This document shows, in pieces, positions 19,820 to 30,253 of a stretch of DNA of 64,000 bases. The stretch comes from Candidatus Poribacteria bacterium (GTDB lineage Bacteria > Poribacteria > WGA-4E > PCPOR2b). Within the stretch, counting starts at the first letter, position 1. Every line of letters starts with the position of its first letter. Position numbers and translations under genes: made by a program. The stretch covers positions 5,024,001 to 5,088,000 of the forward strand of contig OZ244042.1 in NCBI GenBank assembly GCA_965215015.1. The letters run 5' to 3'. The notes under the pieces are model-generated. The model made no database searches. It was not told the origin of the DNA and saw nothing but the letters and a program-made list of their open reading frames with translations.

Positions 19820-21577
19820 TTACTTGTGGCGGATACCACTTCCCTCCCTCAATACTACCCGCTGATTTACACCGATCCCGGTAAAACGTTCGGTATCTCC
19901 ACCTAACCAGACTACCTCAATCCAATCTACAGTAGTTTCCTGCGCCAGCCCGAACTCAGCAGTCAAGCTGTTGAAGGACAGATAGCTTGCACCAGCGTTG
20001 ATTTCACGCAATTGTATCCGATCTCCCGCCTTGAGTCGGATCCTTGCACCAACGGCATCACGGTTGCCTTTCGTCCCAATTAGCTTGACATGCAGCCAGT
20101 TGTTACCATTACCCCCTTCGTTTCGGAGTAGCACTCCACGGTCGTGGTTGTTTACGATAAAAATATCGACATCGCCATCGCTATCGTAGTCCCCAAAAGC
20201 GACGCCGCGTCCCACGCGGTACGGCAGCGCGGCAACCCCAGTCGCTGCGGACACATCGGTGAAAATACCATCGCCTTCGTAACGAAAAAATTGGTCTTTC
20301 TGCGGGATAAGCAGGTCGTAATTATCAAGATATTGGAAAGTGTGTCCGTTGGCGACAAAAATATCGAGGTCGCTATCGTTATCGTAGTCAAACAAATCCG
20401 TCCCCCACCCTACATATTTCAGACTTTCCTCACCGAGCGATGCACCGTAGGAATCATCAACGAGGTGGATGGGTTGAATCCCTTTCGCTTTCGAGGAGTC
20501 CCCAATCGCTCCCTCCTCTTTCCACATGTTGCTGTATAGCGCATTTTCCTGCTCAATCCAATGGCTCATAAAGAGATCGAGATCCCCGTCGCCATCGTAG
20601 TCGCCTGTTGCAAGCCCCATTGAGCCACGAAAATCCGCCGCCCATGACGCATCGCTCACGTCCGTGAATGTGCCATCACCATTGTTGCGGTACAGAAAAT
20701 TGGGTGAGAGGTCATTGGCAACATAGAGCTCAAGGTCGCCATCCAGGTCGAAGTCCGTAAAGATAGTCTGCAAGCTGCGCCCACCGCGAGATTCGACGCC
20801 CAGTTCTGCGGTGACATCGGTGAAGGTGCCATCCCCATTGTTGCGATATAGCACATTGTCCTGCGGATCGAAGGAGTGGGGATTCAATATACGCGGTACG
20901 GACTGTCCGTACTGCATTGAAGTCTTTTGGGCTTCTGCTAATTTAGCGAGATCGTGTTCGATATAGTTGGGAATATAGAGGTCCAAATCCCCGTCATTAT
21001 CGTAATCGCCGAATGCTGCACCCGTTCCCCATCGTGTATCGCCGACACCTGCTTCCTCGGTGACATCGGCAAACGTGCCATCTCCATTGTTGCGATACAG
21101 CACATTCGGCCCATAGTTTGTAACATAAAGGTCCAAATCCCCGTCGTTGTCATAATCGCCGAAAATACAGCCCATGCCGTAGCCTCGATCACCGACACCT
21201 GCTTCCTCGGTGACATCGGCAAACGTGCCATCTCCATTGTTGCGATACAACACATTTCCCGGCGATACCTCCGTCACTTTGGCGTGGAGTGGGCCGGGGT
21301 TGTTGACCACGTAAAGATCTAAATGGCCATCCTTGTCGTAATCAGCGAAGGCTGCACCGGAGCCGACATCTTCGGGCAGTAGGGAGGAGCGCTTTCCCTC
21401 CGAGTGGACAAAGTTAATGCCTGCCGCTTCCGTAACATCTTTGAAGATAACGGGAGAACTTGAAGATTGTGCGAAACTCGAAACAGAAATACACAGCGAT
21501 TGAATTGACAGGGTTGCGAAAATCCAACCGATAAGTATTCGTTGTAAACTGCCCCGTTGACCAATACTCGCTTTCAA
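19820..21577 (-). CDS. CRTAC1-family protein (FG-GAP repeats + ASPIC/UnbV)
   Basis: Repeated GDYDNDGDLDLYV and LYRNNGDGTF.DVT; C-terminal NRDAVGARI...SYLS.NS...FGL. Confidence 0.92.
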   Translation of the reverse strand: MKASIGQRGSLQRILIGWIFATLSIQSLCISVSSFAQSSSSPVIFKDVTEAAGINFVHSEGKRSSLLPEDVGSGAAFADYDKDGHLDLYVVNNPGPLHAKVTEVSPGNVLYRNNGDGTFADVTEEAGVGDRGYGMGCIFGDYDNDGDLDLYVTNYGPNVLYRNNGDGTFADVTEEAGVGDTRWGTGAAFGDYDNDGDLDLYIPNYIEHDLAKLAEAQKTSMQYGQSVPRILNPHSFDPQDNVLYRNNGDGTFTDVTAELGVESRGGRSLQTIFTDFDLDGDLELYVANDLSPNFLYRNNGDGTFTDVSDASWAADFRGSMGLATGDYDGDGDLDLFMSHWIEQENALYSNMWKEEGAIGDSSKAKGIQPIHLVDDSYGASLGEESLKYVGWGTDLFDYDNDSDLDIFVANGHTFQYLDNYDLLIPQKDQFFRYEGDGIFTDVSAATGVAALPYRVGRGVAFGDYDSDGDVDIFIVNNHDRGVLLRNEGGNGNNWLHVKLIGTKGNRDAVGARIRLKAGDRIQLREINAGASYLSFNSLTAEFGLAQETTVDWIEVVWLGGDTERFTGIGVNQRVVLREGSGIRHK

Positions 21578-21604
21578 CTTTTCTGACCTTTCCAGTCTTT
21601 TCGG

Positions 21605-22585
21605 TTATTGCAATCGGATCCGGGGATCGACGAGCGTATAACTGAGGTCTGTCAACAGCAAGCCCACGATATACAGCACGGAACCCAGATAAACCATGCT
21701 ACGGACAATCGCAAAATCTTGGGCGTTGATAGCGTCAATTGTAAAACTGCCCAGTCCGGGAATTGAGAAAAAATTTTCCATGACGAGGCTGCCCATAAAC
21801 AGAAATGGAATTGCCAACACCACGTTTGTCAAGATGGGGATCATTGCATTCTTCAAGGCGTGTTTGAACAGCACAACGCCCTCGCCGAGCCCCTTCGCAC
21901 GGGCAGTTCGCACATAATCCCGATTCACCTCTTCGAGGAAAATCGTGCGGTAGAAACGGACGCCGGTCCCAATACCGCTAATGACACCGATAACTGCGGG
22001 CAGAAAAACAAACTTCAGCATATTCACGCCGGTGTCATAGCCGGAAATCGGGAAAAGACGGAGTATCTTGCCAAATAACCACTGTCCGGCGATAATATAA
22101 AAGAGCGTGGAGATCGACATCAGAATCACAGTAACAATGGTCCCCCAAAAGTCAACGTAGGTCGCACGATAGTAAGCGATAATCATCGAAAAGGTGATGT
22201 TGACGAGCAAGCCTATGATAAATGTCGGTATAGCAATAGCAAGGCTTGCCCACATCCGGTGGGAGATTTGATAACCAATGTCAATGTTATTCCGATCTGA
22301 CCTACCGAAATCGAAGAGGAATAGCCGCATGGCTTTTTGGGAGAAGATTGTCTGCGTGAAAACCGAGAATCCAGATTCCTCGCTATTGAAAAACAGTGGG
22401 AGATGATAACCACGGTCTCGCTTCCAGCCGTCTACAGCTTCTTGGGTAATATTTTTCTCCCCAAGAATTTTTCGTGCCATGTCATCAGGCGAATTGACGA
22501 TAAAAAAGAGTACGAAAGTGATAAGGTTGACACCGATTAGGATCGGAATGGCGTAAAGGGTGCGACGTATAATGTAATTGAGCAT
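21605..22585 (-). CDS. ABC transporter permease (OppB/DppB type)
   Basis: MLNYIIRR, DYVRTARAKGL, KHALKNA.IP, DL.Y.LVDPRI. Confidence 0.95.
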   Translation of the reverse strand: MLNYIIRRTLYAIPILIGVNLITFVLFFIVNSPDDMARKILGEKNITQEAVDGWKRDRGYHLPLFFNSEESGFSVFTQTIFSQKAMRLFLFDFGRSDRNNIDIGYQISHRMWASLAIAIPTFIIGLLVNITFSMIIAYYRATYVDFWGTIVTVILMSISTLFYIIAGQWLFGKILRLFPISGYDTGVNMLKFVFLPAVIGVISGIGTGVRFYRTIFLEEVNRDYVRTARAKGLGEGVVLFKHALKNAMIPILTNVVLAIPFLFMGSLVMENFFSIPGLGSFTIDAINAQDFAIVRSMVYLGSVLYIVGLLLTDLSYTLVDPRIRLQ

Positions 22586-22646
22586 TCGTGATTCTTTCGT
22601 GAAACGTGAAGCGTAAAAACAATTTGTTTATGGGCTCATTAATGGA

Positions 22647-22848
22647 CTAGGGCGTGTTGACATTTTACTATCGCCAATTAGAAATCTTTAACTGCCAATA
22701 ATTTGTAGATTGAGCGTGCTCGCCTCACCTGTAAGCCGAGATTCACATCCCGACACAAGCCTGTCAATTTTGGAAAATTGACCGACACATTGAAAACGCT
22801 CCGAATAGAGATTGGTTCGATTTATCACAACATATCAACAGAACCTAG
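22647..22848. mobile_element. MITE copy B (CTAGGGCGTGTTGACA ... TCAACAGAACCTAG)
   Basis: TIRs bounded by CTAG; internal homology to the copy at 19510. Additional right ends at 3730-3745 and 14033-14047. Confidence 0.75.
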
Positions 22849-22937
22849 TGAGCTAATAAACTAACTCGGTTTCTGGTGCACGACTCTTAGCATGAGTCAA
22901 CAACGAAATTTGTCAGGGCAAACGCGTGGGGCAATCT

Positions 22938-23903
22938 CTACTGCCAAATCATCTGAACGGCAAGTGCCTCGTCCGGATGCTCCCACAGAAAGTCGAAAGC
23001 CTCTTTTGCACGCTTATAGGGGAAACGACGGCTGATCATTCGGGCTGCTTGGATTTCTCCTGAACGAATCTTCTCCATCGCACGTTGGGCAATTTGCCCG
23101 CGCGGCTCATCGGTGAGAATGCCTGCCACAAGTCGTTTGCTCATAATCTTTGATGAATGCAATGGCAACGGGGCTCCTTGGTATAACGCAATCAACTGGA
23201 GGGTCCCTTTCCTGCGGACCATGTCTTGTGCCTGCTCAAAGGATTTAACCCCAGCGTGCCCACCAACGCAGTCAATCACAAGATCCGCCCCATTCCCATC
23301 GGTTAACCTCTGCACCGCTTCGACGGGAGCCTCTTCCGAAGCGTTGATGACAACATCCGCTCCCAATTCATTGGAGAGTTGACAACGCAGCGACACTGCG
23401 TCAACCGTGATGATGCAGTCAGGTCCATATCCGCGAAGGACTTGCATCATCAGACTCCCTACGATGCCTTGCCCAAGAATGACAACCGTGTCTCCCTCTT
23501 GAACCCCTGATGAATCCGCCCAAGCGACCGAACTTATTGAAAGCGGCAGGAATGTCCCCTCTTCAAAGGAAATATCATCCGGGAGCGGGACGACTCGTCC
23601 ATCTACACTGGCATCGACCTCTCCGACGGCATATTCGGCGTGTGGGGCGACGACCATCACCCGTTGGCCGACTTGATACTCTGTAACCGCCGATCCAATT
23701 TGCTCAACAACCCCTGTGAGGGAATATCCCATCATCGATGGAGGGATTGCTTCCTCCCTGATATAACGACGAAACAACTCAGAACCACGGCTAATCAGCG
23801 TAGTATGTGTCCGCACCAAAACTTGGCGACTGTTAATCTCAGGAATCGGTACATCTTCCAACTGAATGTTACCGAAACCTTCTGGTTTAATCACGCGAAT
23901 CAT
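22938..23903 (-). CDS. MDR-family (Zn-ADH-like) dehydrogenase
   Basis: LISRGSE, GYSLTG, GQGIVG Rossmann motif, GADLVIDCVG; lacks the canonical Cys zinc ligands. Confidence 0.85.
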   Translation of the reverse strand: MIRVIKPEGFGNIQLEDVPIPEINSRQVLVRTHTTLISRGSELFRRYIREEAIPPSMMGYSLTGVVEQIGSAVTEYQVGQRVMVVAPHAEYAVGEVDASVDGRVVPLPDDISFEEGTFLPLSISSVAWADSSGVQEGDTVVILGQGIVGSLMMQVLRGYGPDCIITVDAVSLRCQLSNELGADVVINASEEAPVEAVQRLTDGNGADLVIDCVGGHAGVKSFEQAQDMVRRKGTLQLIALYQGAPLPLHSSKIMSKRLVAGILTDEPRGQIAQRAMEKIRSGEIQAARMISRRFPYKRAKEAFDFLWEHPDEALAVQMIWQ

Positions 23904-24490
23904 GACATACCCCCCGTGAAATATAAAACATGCGTAGCAACGCAATTCATTGTGCGTTCATGAGCATTGAGGACTACGAATCTAAAAACGCTATAAGCAT
24001 ATCTTCGTATCTTTATCATATTTTACAACATAATTCCGATTATGTCTCTACTATTTTAACCTAAATTGCGAGCCGATGCTTAATTGAGGGCTGCTCATAA
24101 TAGACTCGGCACGCTCCTTATGCCATCCCCCTGCTAAATACCCGGTGGGTTGTCTGTCAGGTCCTGGCTCATTGAGCCTACCCCCCTCAATTCCCCCGCT
24201 TGCTCCCCACTTGCGGGGGCTTAGCAAGTTGAATTCCTTGACCACACACTCAAGGGCGTAACTCCTATAGAATTCAAGGCAAATTTCCATTACTTCTTAA
24301 AACCGTGTAAAATTCATTCGCTTAGATGTTCCGGCTTCTCCTGAAAATCCTTGAAGCCGTATCGGTTTTTCAGGAACGTGATGCGAGTACGTTTTTGATT
24401 GACTTTGCAGACCATCTTAACATAAAATGTTTTTACCCAGCCAAGGGTGTACTATTAGTTAATTTAATTTTAGGCCTCATATAATCATTC

Positions 24491-24519
24491 TAGACGGTAA
24501 ATAAGTCTAATGCTATAAT
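24491..24519 (+). promoter_or_regulatory. Sigma70 promoter heading the PQQ-propeller cluster
   Basis: TAGACG-17 bp-TATAAT with an extended TG. Confidence 0.6.
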
Positions 24520-24562
24520 TGATTCACCAACATATTACAACAGCACAGGATAGGAGATTTGG

Positions 24563-26734
24563 ATGCGAACTCGGGTTACGCTTAAAGCAGTGCTTTATTT
24601 ATTCGGTATCTTAATAGGGGTAGGCCTTTGTACCCCCTTAATTGGTTTTAATAACGCGTTGGCTTCGGATTGGCCCAGTTGGCGAGGTCCCAATCAAGAT
24701 GGCTCATCTTCACAAACCGGTTTAATTTCAAGCTGGTCCCTACTAGATGGCGAAAACTTAATTTGGAAGGCAGATTTTATGGGGCGTTCCACACCAATCG
24801 TTTTGAACGGTCGAGTTTTCGTCATCGGGCGCGTTGGGAGCGACATCACCGAGCAGGAACGAGTCGCCTGCTTTGAGGCCGAAACGGGGAGGCTACTCTG
24901 GGAACACCGATTCAATGTTTTTCACAGTACCATCCCTTTTAACCGACTGGGCTGGACCAGTTTGGCGGGGGATAGGGAAACGGGTTACATCTACGCCCAC
25001 ACTATTAGCGGCGTGTTTGCCTGTTTTGACAAGGAGGGAAAGGTTATTTGGTCACGCTCTTTGACGGAAGAATTTGGTCGATTCACCGGCTACGGGGGAC
25101 GCGTTGTTACACCTGTCGTTGATGGAGACTCTGTGATCCTCAGTTTTCTTAACACCAGCTGGGGAAGCCATGCCGCAATGCGCCATCGTTATTTCGCCTT
25201 TGACAAACGGACCGGTGAGGTGCTGTGGACAGCGACGCCCGGTGGCCCCCCGAAAGATACGACTTACCCTGTCGCCGTTGTAGCGGAGATAAATGGCCGT
25301 CGGTTGTTGATTGACAGTAATTCGGACGGTCATGTGTACGCAATGGATGTGCAAACGGGTGAGAAAGTTTGGGGATTCCAAGTCAGTCAGGGACCGCTCA
25401 ATGCGTCAGTGGTCGTAGATGGCACACGGGTTTACGCAAGCCACAATCGGGAGAATACGGACACAACAGTGATGGGGCGCGTTGTCTGCATTGATGGAAC
25501 GGGTACAGGGGATATTACCAAGTCACACGAACTCTGGCGAGTTGATGGCATAGAGGCGGGTTATAGCTCTCCAGCAATAGCCGATGGTCGCCTTTACGTT
25601 GTGGACAGCTCGGCGAATTTACACTGTCTCAACGGCGAAACCGGGGAGGTGCATTGGACGCATAGCCTCGGCACCGTGGGTAAAGGATCCCCTGTTGTCG
25701 CCGACGGTAAAATCTATGTCACGGAAGTCAACGGGCACTTTCACATCCTGCAACCGGGTGAAAACGAGTGCAAAACGCTCAGCACAACACAGATTGAAAG
25801 GGAATCGGGCCGTTATGCGGAGATCTACGGCTCACCTGCCATCGCCTACAGTCGAGTTTATTTTACTACTGAGGAAGGGCTGTACTGTTTGGGGGGGCAA
25901 CGGGCTTCCACGCCCGCCTCAATCCAGATTGTCCCCGCCGAAGTTTTAGCCCCGTCGGGGGAAAGCGTCCAATTTAGTGCTCGTGCTTTTGACGATAAAG
26001 GTACACTAATCAGCGAAGGGGAGGCCGAGTGGTCGCTCAATGGATTGTCGGGAATGATCGACAAGAACGGAAAACTCACCCTTGAACTGAGCCGCCCCGG
26101 TCAAGCAGGAACAGTATCGGCGAAAATCGGCGAACTAAGCAACTCCGCACGAGTCCGCGTCATTCCACAGTTGCCGTGGCACGAGGACTTTGAGTCGATA
26201 GAGGTGGGGAAGAGTCCGCCGCATTGGGTCCGCGCAACCAACCGATTCGTCGTCCGTGAGATGGATGGAAACAAAATTCTCGTCAAACCGCCTGCCCGCC
26301 GTGGATTGCACCGCTCCAACGTCTATATCGGGCCCCCGAACATGAAGGACTACACCCTCCAAGTCGATTTGCTGGGGACTAAACCGAAGCGAAACCTCCC
26401 GGACATGGGACTCATCGCCCATCGTTACACCCTTGAGATGCAGGGCAATCACCAACGACTTCAGGTGCTTTCGTGGCGATCAGACCTCCGAATGGCCAAG
26501 TGGGTGGATTTCAAGTGGGAGCCGAACGTCTGGTACACCATGAAAATGACGGTAGATATCGCCGATGATACAGCGCGCGTCAAGGGTAAAGTTTGGGTTA
26601 GAGGTGAACCGGAACCTGAGGAATGGACAATTATCGTGGAAGATCCGCTGCCGAATCGGGAAGGGAGTCCGGGTATCTACGGCTATTCGCCTGCTGAAAT
26701 CTACTACGATAATCTGAAGGTTTGGGGAGATTGA
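24563..26734 (+). CDS. Secreted PQQ-like beta-propeller protein with Ig-like and C-terminal lectin-like (DUF1080-type) domains
   Basis: Signal peptide, DWPSWRGP, repeated SSPAIADG / D..TG..W blades. Confidence 0.85.
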   Translation: MRTRVTLKAVLYLFGILIGVGLCTPLIGFNNALASDWPSWRGPNQDGSSSQTGLISSWSLLDGENLIWKADFMGRSTPIVLNGRVFVIGRVGSDITEQERVACFEAETGRLLWEHRFNVFHSTIPFNRLGWTSLAGDRETGYIYAHTISGVFACFDKEGKVIWSRSLTEEFGRFTGYGGRVVTPVVDGDSVILSFLNTSWGSHAAMRHRYFAFDKRTGEVLWTATPGGPPKDTTYPVAVVAEINGRRLLIDSNSDGHVYAMDVQTGEKVWGFQVSQGPLNASVVVDGTRVYASHNRENTDTTVMGRVVCIDGTGTGDITKSHELWRVDGIEAGYSSPAIADGRLYVVDSSANLHCLNGETGEVHWTHSLGTVGKGSPVVADGKIYVTEVNGHFHILQPGENECKTLSTTQIERESGRYAEIYGSPAIAYSRVYFTTEEGLYCLGGQRASTPASIQIVPAEVLAPSGESVQFSARAFDDKGTLISEGEAEWSLNGLSGMIDKNGKLTLELSRPGQAGTVSAKIGELSNSARVRVIPQLPWHEDFESIEVGKSPPHWVRATNRFVVREMDGNKILVKPPARRGLHRSNVYIGPPNMKDYTLQVDLLGTKPKRNLPDMGLIAHRYTLEMQGNHQRLQVLSWRSDLRMAKWVDFKWEPNVWYTMKMTVDIADDTARVKGKVWVRGEPEPEEWTIIVEDPLPNREGSPGIYGYSPAEIYYDNLKVWGD

Positions 26735-26742
26735 GGCGAGTC

Positions 26743-27948
26743 ATGGTAAATCAATTAACCCGTTTACATATCAAAAATTTCCGCTCATTGGCAGATGTCT
26801 CCGTTGAGACGCGCCCAATCAACGTCCTGTTTGGACCGAATGGTTCAGGAAAATCGACATTGTTGGAAGCAGTTCGGTTGGTCGGGGATTGTGTTTCCCG
26901 AGATGTTGAAGAGGCCGCTAGGACCCGGCATAACGGTTTTAGTATGTTGCGGCAGGGGGTAGATGAGGGGCAAGGCATAGTAATTAGGATGGAAACAGCT
27001 CTTACCGAGTACGCGCTTCGATTAGGATTTTCACGGGGACAAATTGAGCCGTATGCTGGAGAAGTTTTGTGTTTGAAGGGAAAAAAAATTCCCTTGATAA
27101 CTCGAACGACAGGAAGCGACGAGGCTAATTTTTGTTATTGTGAAGAAAGCCCCCCCGTGCTAACTCGTTTGACCTTTCCAGAAAAACTGGCTTTGATTCA
27201 GTATATGTCAGGAACGGAACTTACTCTGCCAGTCATTTTCAATTTATTCGAATTACAAAGTTTACTCGACTCTGTTCATTTTTACCATTCTCACTATATT
27301 GATCTATATCGACTCAAACACCGCGGCTCGGAATCAGGTATGAGTATCTCGTTGCGCGCGGACTGTAGTAATCTGTTCTCAGTTCTGCAGAATATTCATG
27401 GTAAAAGTGCAATCGATTCAAGTTATGCAACCATCATCAGTTTTATGCGAAAGAGTTTCCCCAATTTCAAAGATTTGGTATTTGAACCATCGGGTCCAAA
27501 CGCGGTCCACGCTAGCTTCGTAGAAAACGGTCTTCGAGACCCAATTCCAGTATTAAGCATATCGGAGGGTCAACTGCAAATGCTTATTCACCTAACGGCT
27601 CTATTCTCCGAGAAAACGGATTGGGCCTCACTGATTGTATTCGATGAGCCGGAGACCTCGCTTCACCCTTATGCTATCTCTGTCTTTGCCGAAGCAGTTA
27701 AATATGCCGCGGAAGAATGGAACAAGCAGGTTTTCATCGCAACACACTCACCGGTTTTGATTGGTCAGTTTGAGCCGGAAGATATTTTGGCAGCAGAACT
27801 GGATGATTCGGCTCAGACGGCCCTGACGCGCGTCAGCGAGATGGGCGATATTCAAGATTTGCTCGAAAGCTATGATACCGGCTCGCTCTACATGGCTGAA
27901 GCCATTGCCCCCCAAAGTAAACCTCCGCGGAGAAGGGGGAATGACTGA
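26743..27948 (+). CDS. ABC-type AAA ATPase (AAA_21/AAA_15 family)
   Basis: HIKNFRS, GPNGSGKS, ISEGQ signature, IVFDEPE, ATHSP. Confidence 0.9.
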   Translation: MVNQLTRLHIKNFRSLADVSVETRPINVLFGPNGSGKSTLLEAVRLVGDCVSRDVEEAARTRHNGFSMLRQGVDEGQGIVIRMETALTEYALRLGFSRGQIEPYAGEVLCLKGKKIPLITRTTGSDEANFCYCEESPPVLTRLTFPEKLALIQYMSGTELTLPVIFNLFELQSLLDSVHFYHSHYIDLYRLKHRGSESGMSISLRADCSNLFSVLQNIHGKSAIDSSYATIISFMRKSFPNFKDLVFEPSGPNAVHASFVENGLRDPIPVLSISEGQLQMLIHLTALFSEKTDWASLIVFDEPETSLHPYAISVFAEAVKYAAEEWNKQVFIATHSPVLIGQFEPEDILAAELDDSAQTALTRVSEMGDIQDLLESYDTGSLYMAEAIAPQSKPPRRRGND

Positions 27949-28714
27949 ACAAGATACACAGCCTGTTCAAAACCCACAATGCGATTATTTTCACTTCGGT
28001 TTAATCGTCACCGGCGAAACCGAACAGGGCCACCTCCCAAAGTTATTTAAGTCGGTAATGGAAACAGGGATTTGCACCTTTGAAGTGATTCGGCGCGTCG
28101 ATCAGCTGGGAGTAATTACCTCAACGAAAAGACTTAAAGCACTTCATAACGGCAAGGACATTCCTGATAAAGACGAGAAAATTGGATTGGAGGCAAGAAA
28201 GTATCTAATAACGCACCCTTGCCATTTTGTCCTCGTAATCGATGATTTGGAGTATGACCGCGGACATCAAGCACAACAAATCTTTAATCGTTATCGATTG
28301 GCCCTGGATACGATATTAAACGACTTGAAGCATCGCGCGTCTGTGCATTTTCTGGTGAATATGCTTGAGGCGTACTACTTTGCTGACGCACAAGCAATTA
28401 ACGCTGTCTTGGGAACCTCTCTGTCAGATGATGAAGGTGATGTAGAGGAAATTCGCCATCCTAAAAATAAGCTCAAAGGACTGTATTCCGGTTTTGATGA
28501 GATTAAACATGGCGAAGCAATTTTGAATAAAATCAACATCCCGCACATTTTATCTTGCCCCGACGCCTGCGCTTCGCTAAGAACCCTGTTTGCTTGGTGC
28601 GTAAAGGTGTTGGAAAAATATTCTAGTCACGATTCCACGGCTTTCAATGAAAAATACAAACTTCGCAAGGGAAAATTGAGCGAAATCACACGAACGCAGT
28701 TAGACAATTTTTAA
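27941..28714 (+). CDS. DUF4276-like TOPRIM-fold protein
   Basis: IVTGETE, VLVIDDLE, NMLEAYYFAD, EEIRHPK; overlaps the ATPase stop. Confidence 0.7.
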   Translation: MTEQDTQPVQNPQCDYFHFGLIVTGETEQGHLPKLFKSVMETGICTFEVIRRVDQLGVITSTKRLKALHNGKDIPDKDEKIGLEARKYLITHPCHFVLVIDDLEYDRGHQAQQIFNRYRLALDTILNDLKHRASVHFLVNMLEAYYFADAQAINAVLGTSLSDDEGDVEEIRHPKNKLKGLYSGFDEIKHGEAILNKINIPHILSCPDACASLRTLFAWCVKVLEKYSSHDSTAFNEKYKLRKGKLSEITRTQLDNF

Positions 28715-28753
28715 TTTACCGTTAGCAATCACTCACAATCTTAGAGGAGCAAA

Positions 28754-30202
28754 ATGAGACATCAACAGATTCTAGGAACAGGTATCTTTTATATTATTCT
28801 CTTAACGGTTTTGATGGGTTCGGTAATACCTGCCGCCGCTGAAACGGCGATGTGGGGTTTCACGCCATCACGAAATCTCGTCTCCGATGAGAAAAATCTG
28901 CCAGAAAAATGGGACGTGGAGACCGGATTAAACATCAAATGGACGGCAACTTTGGGTTCACAGACCTATGCGGGCCCCGTTCTCATCGGTGGGAAGGTGT
29001 TTGTCGGAACGAACAATCAAGGAAGGCGAAATCCGAAACTTACCGGAGATCGGGGGGTCATCATGGCGTTCCGCGAGTCGGACGGGGAATTTCTCTGGCA
29101 ATCCACACATACCAAACTCCCCGCCGGACGCGTCAACGATTGGCCTCAACAGGGGATTTGCTCGACACCTTTCATTGAGAACAATCGGCTTTACTATATT
29201 TCCAACCGCGCTGAAATCGTCTGTGTCGATACCGAAGGCTTTATGGACGGGGAAAATGACGGACCCTTCACGGAGGAGACTGACATCAGCGAAATCGATG
29301 GGGACATCATCTGGAAATATGATATGATCGAAGAATTGGAGGTTTTTCCGCACAATCTCGCGACCTGTTCCCCGATTGGTGCCGGCGATCTGATCTTCGT
29401 CATTACGAGCAACGGTGTTGATGAAGGGCATGTCCATATCCCTTCACCGTTCGCACCGAGCTTTATTGCAGTAAATAAAAATACAGGTGAACTCGTGTGG
29501 GAGGACGATTCACCCGGTGAGAATATCCTTCACGGCCAGTGGTCAAATCCGGCTTACGACGTCATTCAGGGGAAGCCGCAGGTGATTCTGCCCGGGGGCG
29601 ACGGTTGGATCTATTCCCTCGAACCTGAAACCGGAGAACTAATCTGGAAATTTGACTGCAATCCCCAAGATTCCGTTTGGGAACTGGGCGGCCGAGGGAC
29701 ACGCAATAACATTATTTCGACACCTGTCATCTGGGAGGATAAGGTTTACATCAGCGTAGGACAAGACCCAGAACACGGGGAGGGGGTCGGCCATCTCTGG
29801 GCGATTGACGCAACAGGTGAAGGGGACATCACCGAGACTGGAGCCGTCTGGCATCGAGGCTACGAGGATTTCCATCGCACGATGTCCACCGTAGCAATTG
29901 ACGATGATCTGCTCTACGTGGCAGACTTGAGCGGTTTCGTCTACTGCCTTGATGCCAACACGGGTGAGCATCATTGGACGTACGATACGTTTGCTGCAAT
30001 TTGGGGTTCAACATTCGTAGCGGATGGCAAGATATACATCGGAGACGAGGATGGAGATGTCGCCATCTTAAAAGCAGGGAAAGAAAAAGAACTTATTTTC
30101 GAGACCAACATGGGGAGTGCCGTTTATACCACCCCAATAGCAAAAGACGGTGTGCTGTATATCGCAAGCAGGAATACGCTCTTTGCGATTGCTATGGAGT
30201 AA
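28754..30202 (+). CDS. Secreted PQQ-like beta-propeller protein
   Basis: Signal peptide, MWGFTPSRN, repeated WxxD / TG..W blades, acidic DGENDGP loop. Confidence 0.85.
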   Translation: MRHQQILGTGIFYIILLTVLMGSVIPAAAETAMWGFTPSRNLVSDEKNLPEKWDVETGLNIKWTATLGSQTYAGPVLIGGKVFVGTNNQGRRNPKLTGDRGVIMAFRESDGEFLWQSTHTKLPAGRVNDWPQQGICSTPFIENNRLYYISNRAEIVCVDTEGFMDGENDGPFTEETDISEIDGDIIWKYDMIEELEVFPHNLATCSPIGAGDLIFVITSNGVDEGHVHIPSPFAPSFIAVNKNTGELVWEDDSPGENILHGQWSNPAYDVIQGKPQVILPGGDGWIYSLEPETGELIWKFDCNPQDSVWELGGRGTRNNIISTPVIWEDKVYISVGQDPEHGEGVGHLWAIDATGEGDITETGAVWHRGYEDFHRTMSTVAIDDDLLYVADLSGFVYCLDANTGEHHWTYDTFAAIWGSTFVADGKIYIGDEDGDVAILKAGKEKELIFETNMGSAVYTTPIAKDGVLYIASRNTLFAIAME

Positions 30203-30253
30203 TGAAAACATGCAAAAGAGAGTCCCAACAGCAGTCGAGAGGAGAAGCAATCA

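Noticed and set aside
24563-30202. Calling the propellers bona fide PQQ dehydrogenases or BamB
   Set aside because: Only the repeat fold is evident; there are no pqq or bam genes, and quinoprotein active-site motifs were not recognised.
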